NCBI GenBank assembly: GCA_965261595.1
Contig: CBDHDG010000005.1
Coordinates: forward strand, 640,001 to 704,000
Direction: 5' to 3'
From: a bacterium
GTDB lineage: Bacteria; UBA8248; JACPRG01; G963555815
Length of the DNA stretch: 64,000 bases
Shown: positions 1 to 10,188 of the stretch, in pieces
Layout: each line of letters starts with the position of its first letter
Position numbering within the stretch: position 1 is the stretch's first letter
Position numbers and translations under genes: made by a program
The notes under the pieces: model-generated
Databases searched by the model: none
What the model was told of the DNA's origin: nothing
The model's input: the letters and a program-made list of their open reading frames with translations, nothing else

Positions 1-733
1 CGAAGACCGGGCAGACGTCGGGGTCGCCGGCGTCGTTGCGGCGCTTTCGGGCCGGGTCGGTCATCATGGTCATGATCTTTTGGCGCAGGGGCTCTCCCTC
101 GTCGCCCAGGTAGATGGCGTTGTCGTAGCTCTTGCTCATCTTCCGGCCGTCCGTGCCGGGGAGCTTGGGGACCTCGGTCAGTTTCGGCGCGGGCTCGGGG
201 AAGACCTCGGATTTCGAGAGGTGGTTGAACCGGCGGACGACCTCCCGGGTCAGCTCGACGTGCGCCACCTGGTCCACCCCCACGGGCACCCAATTGGCCT
301 TGTAGATGACAATGTCGGCCGCCTGGAGGAGGGGATAGCCCAGGAAGCCGTACGTGCCGAGATCGACATGGGTCATCTGCTGCTGCTGTTCCTTGTAAGA
401 GGGGACCCGCTCCAGCCAGGCCAGGGGGGTGATCATGGAGAAGAGCAGGTGAAGCTCCGCGTGCTCGGGGACCCGGGATTGGACGAAGATCGTGCTGCGC
501 TCCGGGTCCAGGCCGGCCGCCATCCAATCCACGGCCATCTCCGTGATGAGGGCCTGGAGGTCGCCGGTGTCGTTGTAATCGGTGGTGAGGGCGTGCCAGT
601 CGGCCACGAAGAAAAAGCAGCGGTAGCCCTCCTGAAGGTCCACCCAGTTTTTCAGCGCGCCGAAATAGTTGCCCAGATGCAGTTTGCCCGAGGGCCGCAT
701 CCCGCTGAGAACCCGCTCCGGTTTCGCGTCCAA
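1..733 (-). CDS. trpS: Tryptophanyl-tRNA synthetase (3' end runs off the window)
   Basis: Manual translation from TTG at 733: RVLSGMRPSGKLHLGNYFGA (HIGH motif), YPLLQAADI, VPVGVDQ, GRKMSKS. Absent from the ORF track because there is no stop in the window. Confidence 0.96.
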   Translation of the reverse strand, partial: MDAKPERVLSGMRPSGKLHLGNYFGALKNWVDLQEGYRCFFFVADWHALTTDYNDTGDLQALITEMAVDWMAAGLDPERSTIFVQSRVPEHAELHLLFSMITPLAWLERVPSYKEQQQQMTHVDLGTYGFLGYPLLQAADIVIYKANWVPVGVDQVAHVELTREVVRRFNHLSKSEVFPEPAPKLTEVPKLPGTDGRKMSKSYDNAIYLGDEGEPLRQKIMTMMTDPARKRRNDAGDPDVCPVF

Positions 734-803
734 CGATTGATTTCCTTCCCTTGACGATGTCGCCCCGATCCCGACGGGCCCGGCGGCCCCGGCGGTTCGA
801 TCC

Positions 804-1430
804 TCAAAGCCCGTACATGCGGATGAAGACGTGGATGATCGGGAAGACCGTGTAGTCGAGCACCCGAAAAAAGATGAGCCCCAGCAGGATGAAGAACCCG
901 TAGGGCTCGATCCGGCTGAACGTGATCGAGGCCCGGGGGGGGAGCAGCCCGTTCAGAATGCGGCCTCCGTCCAGGGGCGGAATCGGGATCAGGTTGAAGA
1001 CCATCAGCGCCAGGTTGATGACGATGCAGCGCTGGACGATCAGGAATAACGGCGTGTGCCCCCAGAAGGCGTCTCCGGCGTAGGGGACCGGAATCAAATG
1101 ATAAACCCCCACGAACCCCGTGGCGAGGATGAAGTTCGACACCGGTCCGGCGAGGGCGATCCACATCATGTCCCGGCGGGGGTTTTGGAGGTTCCTCACG
1201 TCCACCGGGACGGGCTTGGCCCACCCGATGAAGCGCGTGACGACGAAGACGAGCGTGCCCATCGGGTCCAGGTGTTTGAGCGGGTTCAGCGTCACCCGCC
1301 CCAGCATCCGCGCCGTCGGGTCGCCCAGGCGGTCGGCCATCCATCCGTGCGCCGCCTCGTGCACGCAGAGGGCAAGCAGCATGGCGGGCAACATGATGGC
1401 GATCTGCCGGATGACCAGATTAATGTCCAT
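804..1430 (-). CDS. Site-2 protease family (peptidase M50) membrane metalloprotease
   Basis: HEAAH zinc motif, RVTLNPLKHLDP, FNLIPIPPLDGG, several TM segments. Confidence 0.93.
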   Translation of the reverse strand: MDINLVIRQIAIMLPAMLLALCVHEAAHGWMADRLGDPTARMLGRVTLNPLKHLDPMGTLVFVVTRFIGWAKPVPVDVRNLQNPRRDMMWIALAGPVSNFILATGFVGVYHLIPVPYAGDAFWGHTPLFLIVQRCIVINLALMVFNLIPIPPLDGGRILNGLLPPRASITFSRIEPYGFFILLGLIFFRVLDYTVFPIIHVFIRMYGL

Positions 1431-1517
1431 GGTTTCGGTGTCCTTGGTTCGGCCGCACGTCGGCGATAAATCGAAACCTCTTAGCAAACGCCCGCGGCAC
1501 TGTCAATTTGGAGACGG

Positions 1518-4151
1518 TCATTTCACCCCGTGAAGGGTCAGGAGCCGCCGGACGTAAGCGCGCTCGTGGATCTCGCCCGCCTCGATGTCCCCGTCCAGCA
1601 GGGCGTCCCGCGCGGCCGCCAGGAGCTCCCCGTACAGGGGCCCCGGTTCCACGCCCATCGCCAGCAGGTCCTTTCCCCCGATGGCCGGATTCACGTCTCG
1701 CAGATGGGTCAGGTGCAAAGAGACGCGTTTCTTGGCCCGCTGGGAGGGCGCGACCGCCAGGCTGTAGAGCAGGGTCTCGATCTTCAGGGGGTGGAGGAGC
1801 CGGTAAACGGCGCTCGGCGGGACCTCTTCCCCGGAGAGTCCGGCCAGGATGTTCACGACTTCCCGGCGGGCCTGAAGGGTGGGGTCGCATCGGCGGCCGG
1901 GCAGGGCCAGGCGGGCGCACGCGGCCTCCGCCTCCTCATCGGTGAGATCCCCGAGCAGGCCCATGAGGTAGATCCGCCAAGCCTCCATCGGCTCTTCGGG
2001 GAACAGCAGCTTGAACCAGGCGAGGGCCCGATCGATGTCTTCGAAGCGGCACCCGAGGGCGGAGGTTTCCCGGAGCCTCGGGTGGATGAACCGGAGCAGC
2101 TTCAAGTCGCCCAGGCGGGCGACGCACCGCCAGGGCTCGGGCCCGTCGAGGATGAGTCGAAGCTCGGTGAACAGGCGGCTTCCCGAAAGGCGGTCGATCA
2201 GGCTGTCGCGGACGGCATGGTCCAGGAGGGTCCGGGTTTGGGCGCCGATGGCGAATCCATACCGTTCCGAGAATCGGACGGCGCGAAAGGCGCGCGTCGG
2301 GTCCTCTACGAAACTGAGGTTGTGGAGAACGCGGAGGACCTTGTCCTTCAGGTCGCGCCGGGCGCCGAAGAAATCCAGCAATCTCCACGCCCCCTCGCCG
2401 TTCAGTTGGACGGCCATCGCGTTGATGGAGAAATCCCGCCGGGACAGGTCCGTGCGGATGTCGCTCATCTCGACGACGGGCAGCGCCGCGGGCTGTTCGT
2501 AGTATTCCACCCGGGCCGTGGCCACGTCCACCTTTCGGCCGTCGGGCAGCGTCACCACGGCGACGCCGAACCGGGGGTGGGCTTTGGAGCGTCCTCCCAT
2601 CCGCGCCGCGAGCGCCCGGGCGAGAGCGATGCCGTCGCCTTCCACCACGAGGTCCACGTCCGGGTTGTCGATGCCGAGCATCAGGTCCCGGATGATCCCG
2701 CCGACGAGGTAGACGCGGCAGCCTTGCGCCTCCGCCGTATGCGCCGCCTCCTCGAGGACCTCACGCACGGGTTCCGAGAGGCGGGCGCGGGCCAGCGTCC
2801 GCACGCTTCGCGTGTAGGGCTCGGCCCGAAGGCCTTCCGGGTTGCGCTCCTGTTGGAGGAGCCGGACGGCGTCCCCCCGGGTGATGATTCCCTTCAAGGG
2901 GGCGTGCTTCACGTCCGGATCGGTGCGGCCCAGGACGGGAATCGCCTTTTGCCGGCGGCCCAGGATCAACTCCAGGGCCCGGTCCGCCGGGGCGTCGGGC
3001 GTCAGGGTCTCGAAGTTCCGGTTCATGGAATCGGCCACGCGATCCGCCCCGACACCGTCAACGATGGCCTGCTCCACGTCCGGGCGCGTGATCAAACCGG
3101 CGACGCGGCGCCCTTCCATCACGGGCAGGGTGTTGAGGTTGTATCGGGTCATCAGGTCCCCGGCATCGCGAATCGGGTCTTCCGCCCTGACGGTCCGCAC
3201 AGGCGACGCCATGATCTCTCCGGCCTTTCGGCGGCCGCGCGTTTCCCGGTGGAGGCGCTCGATCAGCCGGTCCCGGGCTTGGAAGAGTGTCAGGTCCTTG
3301 ATGGAGGACGAGGCGGCGGAGGGATGGCCGCCTCCGCCGAAGGACGCCGCGACGGCCCCGACGTCGATCTCGGGGACGCGGCTCCGGGCGATTAATTGGA
3401 CCTTTCCTTCCAACCGAACCAGAAAGAAGAAAGCGGGCGCGTCGTGGGCGGCCTGAAACTTCTGGGCGACCAGGGCGACGTCATCCACGTACTCCTCCCG
3501 GGAGGCCGTGGCGACGGCGACGGGAACGCCCAGAACGCGAACGGACTCGGCAGACTCCATCAGCTCGTGAAGGAGGGCGACCTGGACGGCGTTCAGCTCG
3601 CGGTGCACCCAGTCGGCCACGGCCGCCGGGTCCGCTCCGCGGGAGGCGAGGAAGGCCGCCGCCTCCAGGTCCCGCAGCGTGGTGTTGACGGAGGAAAAGC
3701 TTCGCGTGTCCGCGTGAATCCCCAGGTTGAAGAGGGTGGCTTCTTCCGGGGTGATCGGAATGTCCCGCGTTCTCAGAATGTCCACCAAAATGGTTGTGGT
3801 CGCGCCGACGGGCCGGATGTCCTCGACGTCGGCCCGGAAATCCCGGACGGCCTCCGCATGGTGGTCGTACACGTGCACCGGGACGTCCGCGCGGTCGAGC
3901 AGCGGCTGAAACTCCCCGATCCGGGCCCTGGACTGGGTGTCCACGACGATGAGCCGTCCCACGGCGTCCGGTTCCACCTGGCGCGGCTTGAGGACCTGAA
4001 GCGCACAGCGCCCGGACCGGAGGAACTCCCGCACCGAGGATTCCTGAGAACCGGGGAAGGCCGGCGTCGCGCCGGGGTATAGCTTTTCCGCCGCCGCCAT
4101 GGCGGCCAGGCAGTCGAAGTCGGCGCTGATGTGACAGGTGATCAGGTCCAT
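1518..4151 (-). CDS. DHH-DHHA1-CBS-fused class II tRNA nucleotidyltransferase (probably A-adding type)
   Basis: ADFDC and YDHH (DHH), GGGGHPSAA, CBS pair, then VGGIIRD, DVDLVV, RRDFSINAMA, EDPTRAFRAVRF. Confidence 0.9.
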   Translation of the reverse strand: MDLITCHISADFDCLAAMAAAEKLYPGATPAFPGSQESSVREFLRSGRCALQVLKPRQVEPDAVGRLIVVDTQSRARIGEFQPLLDRADVPVHVYDHHAEAVRDFRADVEDIRPVGATTTILVDILRTRDIPITPEEATLFNLGIHADTRSFSSVNTTLRDLEAAAFLASRGADPAAVADWVHRELNAVQVALLHELMESAESVRVLGVPVAVATASREEYVDDVALVAQKFQAAHDAPAFFFLVRLEGKVQLIARSRVPEIDVGAVAASFGGGGHPSAASSSIKDLTLFQARDRLIERLHRETRGRRKAGEIMASPVRTVRAEDPIRDAGDLMTRYNLNTLPVMEGRRVAGLITRPDVEQAIVDGVGADRVADSMNRNFETLTPDAPADRALELILGRRQKAIPVLGRTDPDVKHAPLKGIITRGDAVRLLQQERNPEGLRAEPYTRSVRTLARARLSEPVREVLEEAAHTAEAQGCRVYLVGGIIRDLMLGIDNPDVDLVVEGDGIALARALAARMGGRSKAHPRFGVAVVTLPDGRKVDVATARVEYYEQPAALPVVEMSDIRTDLSRRDFSINAMAVQLNGEGAWRLLDFFGARRDLKDKVLRVLHNLSFVEDPTRAFRAVRFSERYGFAIGAQTRTLLDHAVRDSLIDRLSGSRLFTELRLILDGPEPWRCVARLGDLKLLRFIHPRLRETSALGCRFEDIDRALAWFKLLFPEEPMEAWRIYLMGLLGDLTDEEAEAACARLALPGRRCDPTLQARREVVNILAGLSGEEVPPSAVYRLLHPLKIETLLYSLAVAPSQRAKKRVSLHLTHLRDVNPAIGGKDLLAMGVEPGPLYGELLAAARDALLDGDIEAGEIHERAYVRRLLTLHGVK

Positions 4152-4327
4152 GCGCTCCGCTCGTGGCCGGAGGGGGGAAGATATCTGTTGTCCGCGGAAC
4201 CCACGGAGTCTTTCCAACCCCTTGAATATAGATTTCGGAGCGGATTCAATCAATGCGGGTCCGGCGGGGGCGCGCCCGGACGCGGGGTCGCCGGACAGGC
4301 GGAGCCGCCGGTCCGCCGGCGTTTTGG

Positions 4328-4356
4328 TTGAAAGGCGGGCGGGGGGGTGTTAGATT
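4328..4356 (+). promoter_or_regulatory. Putative sigma70 promoter for nfeD-SPFH
   Basis: TTGAAA-17 nt-TAGATT with extended -10 TG. Confidence 0.5.
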
Positions 4357-4404
4357 TTCATTAAAGGTTGACCCACCGATTTGCTTGTGGATTCGAGGCA
4401 CGGC

Positions 4405-5730
4405 ATGCCCGGAAGCCGATCACTTCTGCGGAACCTCATCCTCCCGCTCTCCCTTTGCGCCGCCATCCTCCTGCCCGCTCTCTCCGGTTCGGACACCGCC
4501 AAGGAGCCGGACGGGCGGACCGTCCTCGTTCTGAACGTCGAGGGCGTCATCAATCCGGCGACGGCCGAGTACATCGTCAAGGGGCTCGCGGAGGCGAAGA
4601 CGCGGGGGGCCGAGTTGATCGTCCTGCAGTTGGATACCCCGGGCGGACTGGACACCTCCATGCGCATCATCATCAAAGCGATGATCGCCTCATCGGTTCC
4701 CGTCGCCGTGTACGTGGCCCCGGGCGGGGCGAGGGCGGCCTCGGCCGGGACCTTCATGACGATCGCGGCCCACGTGGCCGCCATGGCGCCCGGCACGAAC
4801 CTGGGCGCGGCCAGCCCGGTGGCGGTGAGCGGCGGGATGGACGAAACCATGAAGAAGAAGGTCACCAACGACGCGGCGGCCTACATCCGGTCCCTGGCGA
4901 AGAAGCACGGCCGGAACGCGGACTGGGCGGAGAAGGCGGTCCGCGACGGCGTGTCCCTCGGCGAGGGCGCGGCGCTCAACAAGGGCGTGATCGACCTGGT
5001 GGCCACCAACCTGAAGACCCTTCTGCTGGCGGTGGACGGACGCAAGGTGTCCACGCCGGCCGGCGACCGGGTCCTGCGGACGAAGGGCGCCCGGGTGGCG
5101 GTGTACGAGATGGGCGTGCGCCAGAAGCTCCTGGCCATCCTCTCCAACCCCAATCTGGCCTACATGCTCATGATGCTGGGGTTTTACGGGATCCTTTTCG
5201 AGATCATGAATCCGGGGGCCATCTTTCCCGGCGTGGTCGGGGCCATCTGCCTCATTGTGGGTTTCTACGCCCTTCAGGTGCTTCCCATCAACTATGCCGG
5301 GCTGGCCTTGATCATTCTCGGCATCGTCATGTTCATCCTGGAGGTCAACATGGTCAGCTATGGCGCCCTCAGCATCGGGGGGGCGATCGCGATGATCCTG
5401 GGGTCGGTCATGCTGGTGGACTCGCCCGCGCCGTTCCTGCGGATCTCCTACTTCGTGATCATCCCCGTGACCCTCCTGACCGCCGGTCTGTTCGTCTTCC
5501 TCCTTGGGCTCGGCCTCAAGGCCCAGCGGCGGAAACCCGTGTCCGGTTCGGAGGGTCTGGTGGACGCCACGGGCGTCGCGAAGGGGGACATCGACCTTGA
5601 AGGCAAGGTGTTTGTTCATGGAGAGCTTTGGAACGCCCATTCCGCCGAGCCGATTGCCGAAGGGGAAACGGTTCGGATTGTGGCGGTCAAGGGTCTTCGT
5701 CTCGTGGTGGTGAAGGAGGTGTCTACATGA
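4405..5730 (+). CDS. nfeD: NfeD-family membrane-bound serine protease (long form)
   Basis: [15 protein letters not shown] block, C-terminal [14 protein letters not shown] domain; ATGA overlap with the SPFH gene. Confidence 0.92.
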   Translation: MPGSRSLLRNLILPLSLCAAILLPALSGSDTAKEPDGRTVLVLNVEGVINPATAEYIVKGLAEAKTRGAELIVLQLDTPGGLDTSMRIIIKAMIASSVPVAVYVAPGGARAASAGTFMTIAAHVAAMAPGTNLGAASPVAVSGGMDETMKKKVTNDAAAYIRSLAKKHGRNADWAEKAVRDGVSLGEGAALNKGVIDLVATNLKTLLLAVDGRKVSTPAGDRVLRTKGARVAVYEMGVRQKLLAILSNPNLAYMLMMLGFYGILFEIMNPGAIFPGVVGAICLIVGFYALQVLPINYAGLALIILGIVMFILEVNMVSYGALSIGGAIAMILGSVMLVDSPAPFLRISYFVIIPVTLLTAGLFVFLLGLGLKAQRRKPVSGSEGLVDATGVAKGDIDLEGKVFVHGELWNAHSAEPIAEGETVRIVAVKGLRLVVVKEVST

Positions 5731-6530
5731 TTGGATACAACGCATTGCTCCCGATTATCGTGATCTTCGTGATCCTGATTTTGGCCAGCTCGATCAAGGT
5801 CATGCGGGAGTACGAGCGCGCGGTCGTCTTTCGGCTGGGCCGGTTTCTCAGCGCCAAGGGGCCGGGACTTTTCCTTTTGTTCCCCGTCATCGACCGGATG
5901 GTGCGGGTGAGTCTGCGGCTGGTCACCCTGGACGTTCCCTCGCAGGACATCATCACCCGGGACAACGTGACGGTGAAGGTGAACGCCGTGCTTTATTTCC
6001 GCGTTCTCGATCCCCAAAAGGCCGTCATCGAGGTGGAGGACTTCCTCTACGCGACCTCCCAGCTCGCCCAGACGACCCTGCGGAGCGTCCTCGGAAAATC
6101 GGAGCTGGACGACCTCCTGGGCGAGCGGGAGAAGATCAACAGTCAGCTCCAGGAAATCCTGGACAAGCAGACCGACCCGTGGGGCATCAAGGTCACCAAC
6201 GTCGAGATCAAGCACGTCGATCTGCCCACCGAGATGCAGCGGGCCATCGCCAAGCAGGCCGAGGCCGAGCGGGAGCGGCGGGCCAAGATCATTCACGCCG
6301 AAGGCGAGTTCCAGGCGTCGGGCCGGCTGGCCGAGGCGGCCGCCGTTGTCGGCAGAGAGCCGGCGGCGCTCCAGCTCCGCTACCTTCAAACCCTGACGGA
6401 AGTGGCGATGGAGAACAACTCGACGTTGATCTTCCCCATTCCGATGGACTTGCTCACCCCGTTCCTTCCGAGAGGGGGTCGGGAATCGGGCGGCGGAGGG
6501 AAGGAGTCCGGGGGCGAAGCCGGGGCGTGA
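5727..6530 (+). CDS. Slipin/stomatin SPFH-domain protein
   Basis: [43 protein letters not shown]. Confidence 0.94.
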   Translation: MIGYNALLPIIVIFVILILASSIKVMREYERAVVFRLGRFLSAKGPGLFLLFPVIDRMVRVSLRLVTLDVPSQDIITRDNVTVKVNAVLYFRVLDPQKAVIEVEDFLYATSQLAQTTLRSVLGKSELDDLLGEREKINSQLQEILDKQTDPWGIKVTNVEIKHVDLPTEMQRAIAKQAEAERERRAKIIHAEGEFQASGRLAEAAAVVGREPAALQLRYLQTLTEVAMENNSTLIFPIPMDLLTPFLPRGGRESGGGGKESGGEAGA

Positions 6531-6588
6531 CGTGGGTGGGCTGGCCGGGGCGTGGCCGGCGCCGGACGCGCGGTCCGGAATGCCCGTC

Positions 6589-6897
6589 TCAGGCTTGGAG
6601 ATCGATGGCCCTGATCTCTTCCGGCCTGGGGGCGCTCAGGACGGCCAGCAGCGGCCGGTTCTCTTCGTAGGAAGAGTTCGCGGCGTCCCGGATTTTCTTG
6701 ACCTCCGGGGGCGGCTTGGGGGCGGGCAGGTCGAGGAGAAGCTGTTCTCCCGGCAGGGCCGTCGCCGTGAAGGTCGCCGCGCTGCTTGTTTGGTCTCCCG
6801 GGTGTTTTGCATGTGAATGCTTGTTCCCGGAGACAGGCGGATTCGGCCGGATGACTGTAGGTTCGGTTGTGATTATCTGAGCTTTGTAATCATTCAT
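6589..6897 (-). CDS. Hypothetical protein (102 aa)
   Basis: Strong SD AAGGAGG before ATG; ends in IDLQA; fills an intergenic gap. Confidence 0.6.
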   Translation of the reverse strand: MNDYKAQIITTEPTVIRPNPPVSGNKHSHAKHPGDQTSSAATFTATALPGEQLLLDLPAPKPPPEVKKIRDAANSSYEENRPLLAVLSAPRPEEIRAIDLQA

Positions 6898-6936
6898 CGC
6901 CTTGACCCTCCTTCCATGAGGGTTTTGCCTGATCTC

Positions 6937-6944
6937 TTATCGGC
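6937..6944 (-). promoter_or_regulatory. Possible sigma28 (FliA) -10 element
   Basis: Exact GCCGATAA about 40 nt upstream of the 6897 start; -35 match is weak. Confidence 0.35.
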
Positions 6945-7005
6945 GGCGCGCGAAATGTGATGAGAGGTTTTTTCATCCCGCCGGAGATTTGCGAGGCCGA
7001 ATCCG

Positions 7006-8067
7006 TTGTCCGATTCACGAAGGGATGTCCCCGCTATTCCCTCCGAAGGAACAAGACGTTTTGAATTTCAGGTCGAGCCGGGGCGCGAAGGCTGCCGCCT
7101 GGACGTTTATCTCGCCGGCCGTCCCGAGGCGCCCGGTAATTCCCGGGCGGGGGTCCAGCGGCTCATCCGGGAAGGGCGCGTCCGGATCGAGAGAGGCGCC
7201 GGGGGTCCCGCCGGCCCCGCGAAAGCGCTTCCTCCGGGTCAGGTTCCAAAGGCCGGGACGGCCCTGTACGCCGGGGACTGGATCCTCGTCACGGTCCCGC
7301 CGCCCGAACCCGTCGAAGTCGCGGCCGAGGACATTCCCCTGGACGTCCCTTATGAGGACGCCCACCTGATCATCATCAACAAGCCGCCCGGACTGGTCGT
7401 CCATCCCGCCCCCGGCCACGCGCGGGGGACCCTGGTCAACGCGCTGTTGTCACGGGTTTCCGACTTGGCGGGAATCGGCGGGAAGCTTCGCCCGGGCATC
7501 GTCCACCGCCTGGACAAGGACACCTCGGGACTGATGGTCGTGGCCAAGACCGAGGCGTCCATGAAGGGGCTTCAGGCCGCCCTCAAGGCGAGGCGGATCG
7601 GGCGGATCTACCGGGCCTTGGCCGGGTGGGGAGGGCGGGGGGGGAGCTTTCCGGATGAGGGCCGGATCGAGGGAAACATCGGCCGACGGCCCGCGCACCG
7701 GAAGAGGATGGCGGTTGTGGACGGGGGAAGACCGGCGGTGACGCATTTCCGCGTCCTCGAGCGGTTTGGAAAACGCGCCCTCCTGGAAGTCCGGCTCGAG
7801 ACGGGCCGGACGCACCAGATTCGCGTTCACCTGGCGCACCGGGGGAGTCCGGTGATCGGGGACCGGGTGTACGGCGTCCGCCGCAAAGGAGACCCGGCCA
7901 TCGATCGCCAGGCGCTTCACGCGTATTGTTTGACCTTCGATCACCCGGTGACGGGCGAGCCCATGCGGTTCGAGGCCCCGCCGCCCGAGGATTTTCAGAG
8001 GGCTTTGGATGAGCTGCGGGGCGAAGGCGTGAAGATTCCTTCGAAATCGGCCGGTGTGGACCCGTAA
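7006..8067 (+). CDS. rluD: RluA/RluD-family pseudouridine synthase with S4-like domain
   Basis: RLDVYL, NKPPGLVVHP, GIVHRLDKDTSG, LETGRTHQIRVH, RQALHA. Confidence 0.9.
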   Translation: MSDSRRDVPAIPSEGTRRFEFQVEPGREGCRLDVYLAGRPEAPGNSRAGVQRLIREGRVRIERGAGGPAGPAKALPPGQVPKAGTALYAGDWILVTVPPPEPVEVAAEDIPLDVPYEDAHLIIINKPPGLVVHPAPGHARGTLVNALLSRVSDLAGIGGKLRPGIVHRLDKDTSGLMVVAKTEASMKGLQAALKARRIGRIYRALAGWGGRGGSFPDEGRIEGNIGRRPAHRKRMAVVDGGRPAVTHFRVLERFGKRALLEVRLETGRTHQIRVHLAHRGSPVIGDRVYGVRRKGDPAIDRQALHAYCLTFDHPVTGEPMRFEAPPPEDFQRALDELRGEGVKIPSKSAGVDP

Positions 8068-8078
8068 GGGAGGGGCGG

Positions 8079-9632
8079 ATGAAAGCGTTGAAGAGCTATG
8101 CGTACGGCGAATGGGTCGAAGGCGCGGGCGAAGGCCGGTCCGTTCACAACGCGGTGACCGGGGCGGAGATCGCCTCGGTCGACAGCGTCGGCCTGGATTT
8201 CAGGCGGATGCTGGACCACGCGCGGGAGGCGGGCGGTCCCGCCCTGCGAGGGCTGACGTTTCCCCGGCGGGGGGAGCTGCTCCGGAGCGCCGCCGGGGTC
8301 ATCCAAGAGAACCTCCCGGAGCTATATGAAATCGCCTACACCTACGGGGCCACGAAGGCCGACGCCTGGATGGACATCGAGGGCGGGCTGGGGACCCTCC
8401 TGGTTTTTTCGGGTTTGGGGCGAAAACAGATGCCCGACTCCACCTTCCTGGTTGACGGCGAGATCGAGGGCCTGTCGAAGGAAGGGACGTTCGTGGGCCG
8501 CCACGTCCGGGTTTCGCCGGAAGGGGCGGCGGTTCAGATCAACGCCTTCAACTTTCCCGCGTGGAACATGCTGGAGAAGCTGGCGCCCGCCCTGTTGGCC
8601 GGCCTGCCGTCCATCGTCAAGCCCGCCACCCCGACCTGTCCGCTGGCCCACCGCATCGTCGAGCTTCTGGTGGAATCGGCCGTCCTGCCCGAGGGCGGTC
8701 TTCAGATGATCTGCGGCGGCGTCGGGGACCTCCTGGATCACCTCACTTGCCAGGACGTTGTTTGTTTCACGGGGTCCGCCAATACGGCGGAGGTGATCCG
8801 GAGCCACCCCAACGTCATCCGGAATTCCGTCCGCGTCAACATCGAAGCCGATTCCTTGAACTGCGCGATTCTCGGGCCGGATTGCGAAGCGGGCGCCGCC
8901 GTCTTCGACCTGTTCGTCAAAGAGGTCGCGCACGAGATGACCCAAAAGGCGGGGCAGAAGTGCACGGCGATCCGCCGGGTGATTGTCCCCGAGAGCCTGG
9001 AGGCTTCCGTCATCGACGCCCTGCGGGGCCGTCTGGCGAAGACTGTCATCGGCGACCCATCGGCCGAGGGGGTCCGGATGGGGCCCCTCGTCAGCCGGGC
9101 GCAGGTGGACGCGGCCCGCGCGGGCTTGGCGGAGCTGGCGAAAGAGGCCGAGATTGTCTTCGGCGATCCGGAGGGGTTCGAGGTCACCGGGGCCGACAAG
9201 GACAAAGGCGCGTTCTTTCCCCCGGTCCTTCTCCGCTGCAAGGACCCGGCGGCGGCCGACGCGGTCCACCGGGTCGAGGTCTTCGGTCCGGTCGCGACGG
9301 TCATGGGTTACGGCGACGCCGGAGGTGCCGTCCGTCTGGCCCGCAAGGGCGGAGGCAGCCTGGCGGCCTCGGTTTTCAGCGAAGACAAGGGTTTCGTCCG
9401 GGAGGTCGCGTTCGGGATGGCACCCTATCACGGCCGGCTGCTGGTGATGAACGAGGCGGCGTCGAAAGAGTCCACCCGTCACGGAACGGTCATGCCCCAG
9501 ATGGTCCACGGCGGCCCGGGCCGCGCCGGCGGCGGCGAGGAATTGGGAGGGCTGCGGAGCGTCCATCGCTTCATGCTCCGCGTGGCGCTCCAGGGAAGCC
9601 CGGAGAGGCTCGAAGCCCTCTGTACGGGATAA
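8079..9632 (+). CDS. PaaZ-N/BoxD-type aldehyde dehydrogenase (3,4-dehydroadipyl-CoA semialdehyde dehydrogenase-like), no MaoC domain
   Basis: INAFNFP, EADSLN, GQKCTAIRR, EVFGPV, HGGPGRAGGGEELGG. Confidence 0.87.
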   Translation: MKALKSYAYGEWVEGAGEGRSVHNAVTGAEIASVDSVGLDFRRMLDHAREAGGPALRGLTFPRRGELLRSAAGVIQENLPELYEIAYTYGATKADAWMDIEGGLGTLLVFSGLGRKQMPDSTFLVDGEIEGLSKEGTFVGRHVRVSPEGAAVQINAFNFPAWNMLEKLAPALLAGLPSIVKPATPTCPLAHRIVELLVESAVLPEGGLQMICGGVGDLLDHLTCQDVVCFTGSANTAEVIRSHPNVIRNSVRVNIEADSLNCAILGPDCEAGAAVFDLFVKEVAHEMTQKAGQKCTAIRRVIVPESLEASVIDALRGRLAKTVIGDPSAEGVRMGPLVSRAQVDAARAGLAELAKEAEIVFGDPEGFEVTGADKDKGAFFPPVLLRCKDPAAADAVHRVEVFGPVATVMGYGDAGGAVRLARKGGGSLAASVFSEDKGFVREVAFGMAPYHGRLLVMNEAASKESTRHGTVMPQMVHGGPGRAGGGEELGGLRSVHRFMLRVALQGSPERLEALCTG

Positions 9633-9647
9633 ACCGGGAATTCGCCC

Positions 9648-9845
9648 TTATCGCCTCGGGTCCTTTGGGGCGATCAGCTCGAGGTAGCGCGTCTCCAGCG
9701 CCTCGGCCTGCTCCACCAGCCCTTGGAGCCGCTCGCGGTCTTCGGGCGTTTTGGAAAAGTCTTCTTTGTACAACTGAAGCAGCGCGGTCAGGCTTTTGAG
9801 CTGGGCCTGAACGGCCGCCTGGGCGATGTCTCTGCGTTTACTCAT
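9648..9845 (-). CDS. Small hypothetical helical protein
   Basis: GGGAG SD before ATG, coiled-coil-like composition, intergenic position. Confidence 0.55.
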   Translation of the reverse strand: MSKRRDIAQAAVQAQLKSLTALLQLYKEDFSKTPEDRERLQGLVEQAEALETRYLELIAPKDPRR

Positions 9846-10188
9846 CGTTTACTCCCGCTACCGCACCCGTTTACCCTGACCAGCCCGATCCATCATAAAC
9901 CGGGATTGTAAAAATCACATTCATTTCGAGACCCAAGATTCCGGGGAAGGGTTGAGAGGACTCCGAACGCAAAGCATGGGTCGTGGCGTCTACTTCGAAA
10001 TAGGCGTAGCTTTGATAAGATCATCGGAGAATTTCTCGAAGACCGAAGGCGCCGCGGTTCAGATTGGGCAAGCGGACGACAATTTTCCGGGACGCCAAAA
10101 GGAACGGTGTTTACTATATTTTGGATTCAAAGAGTGTCCGAAGGCGTCCTTCCGAAACGAGGGGGGAGGGGGGGCGGGGAGTTTGTCA

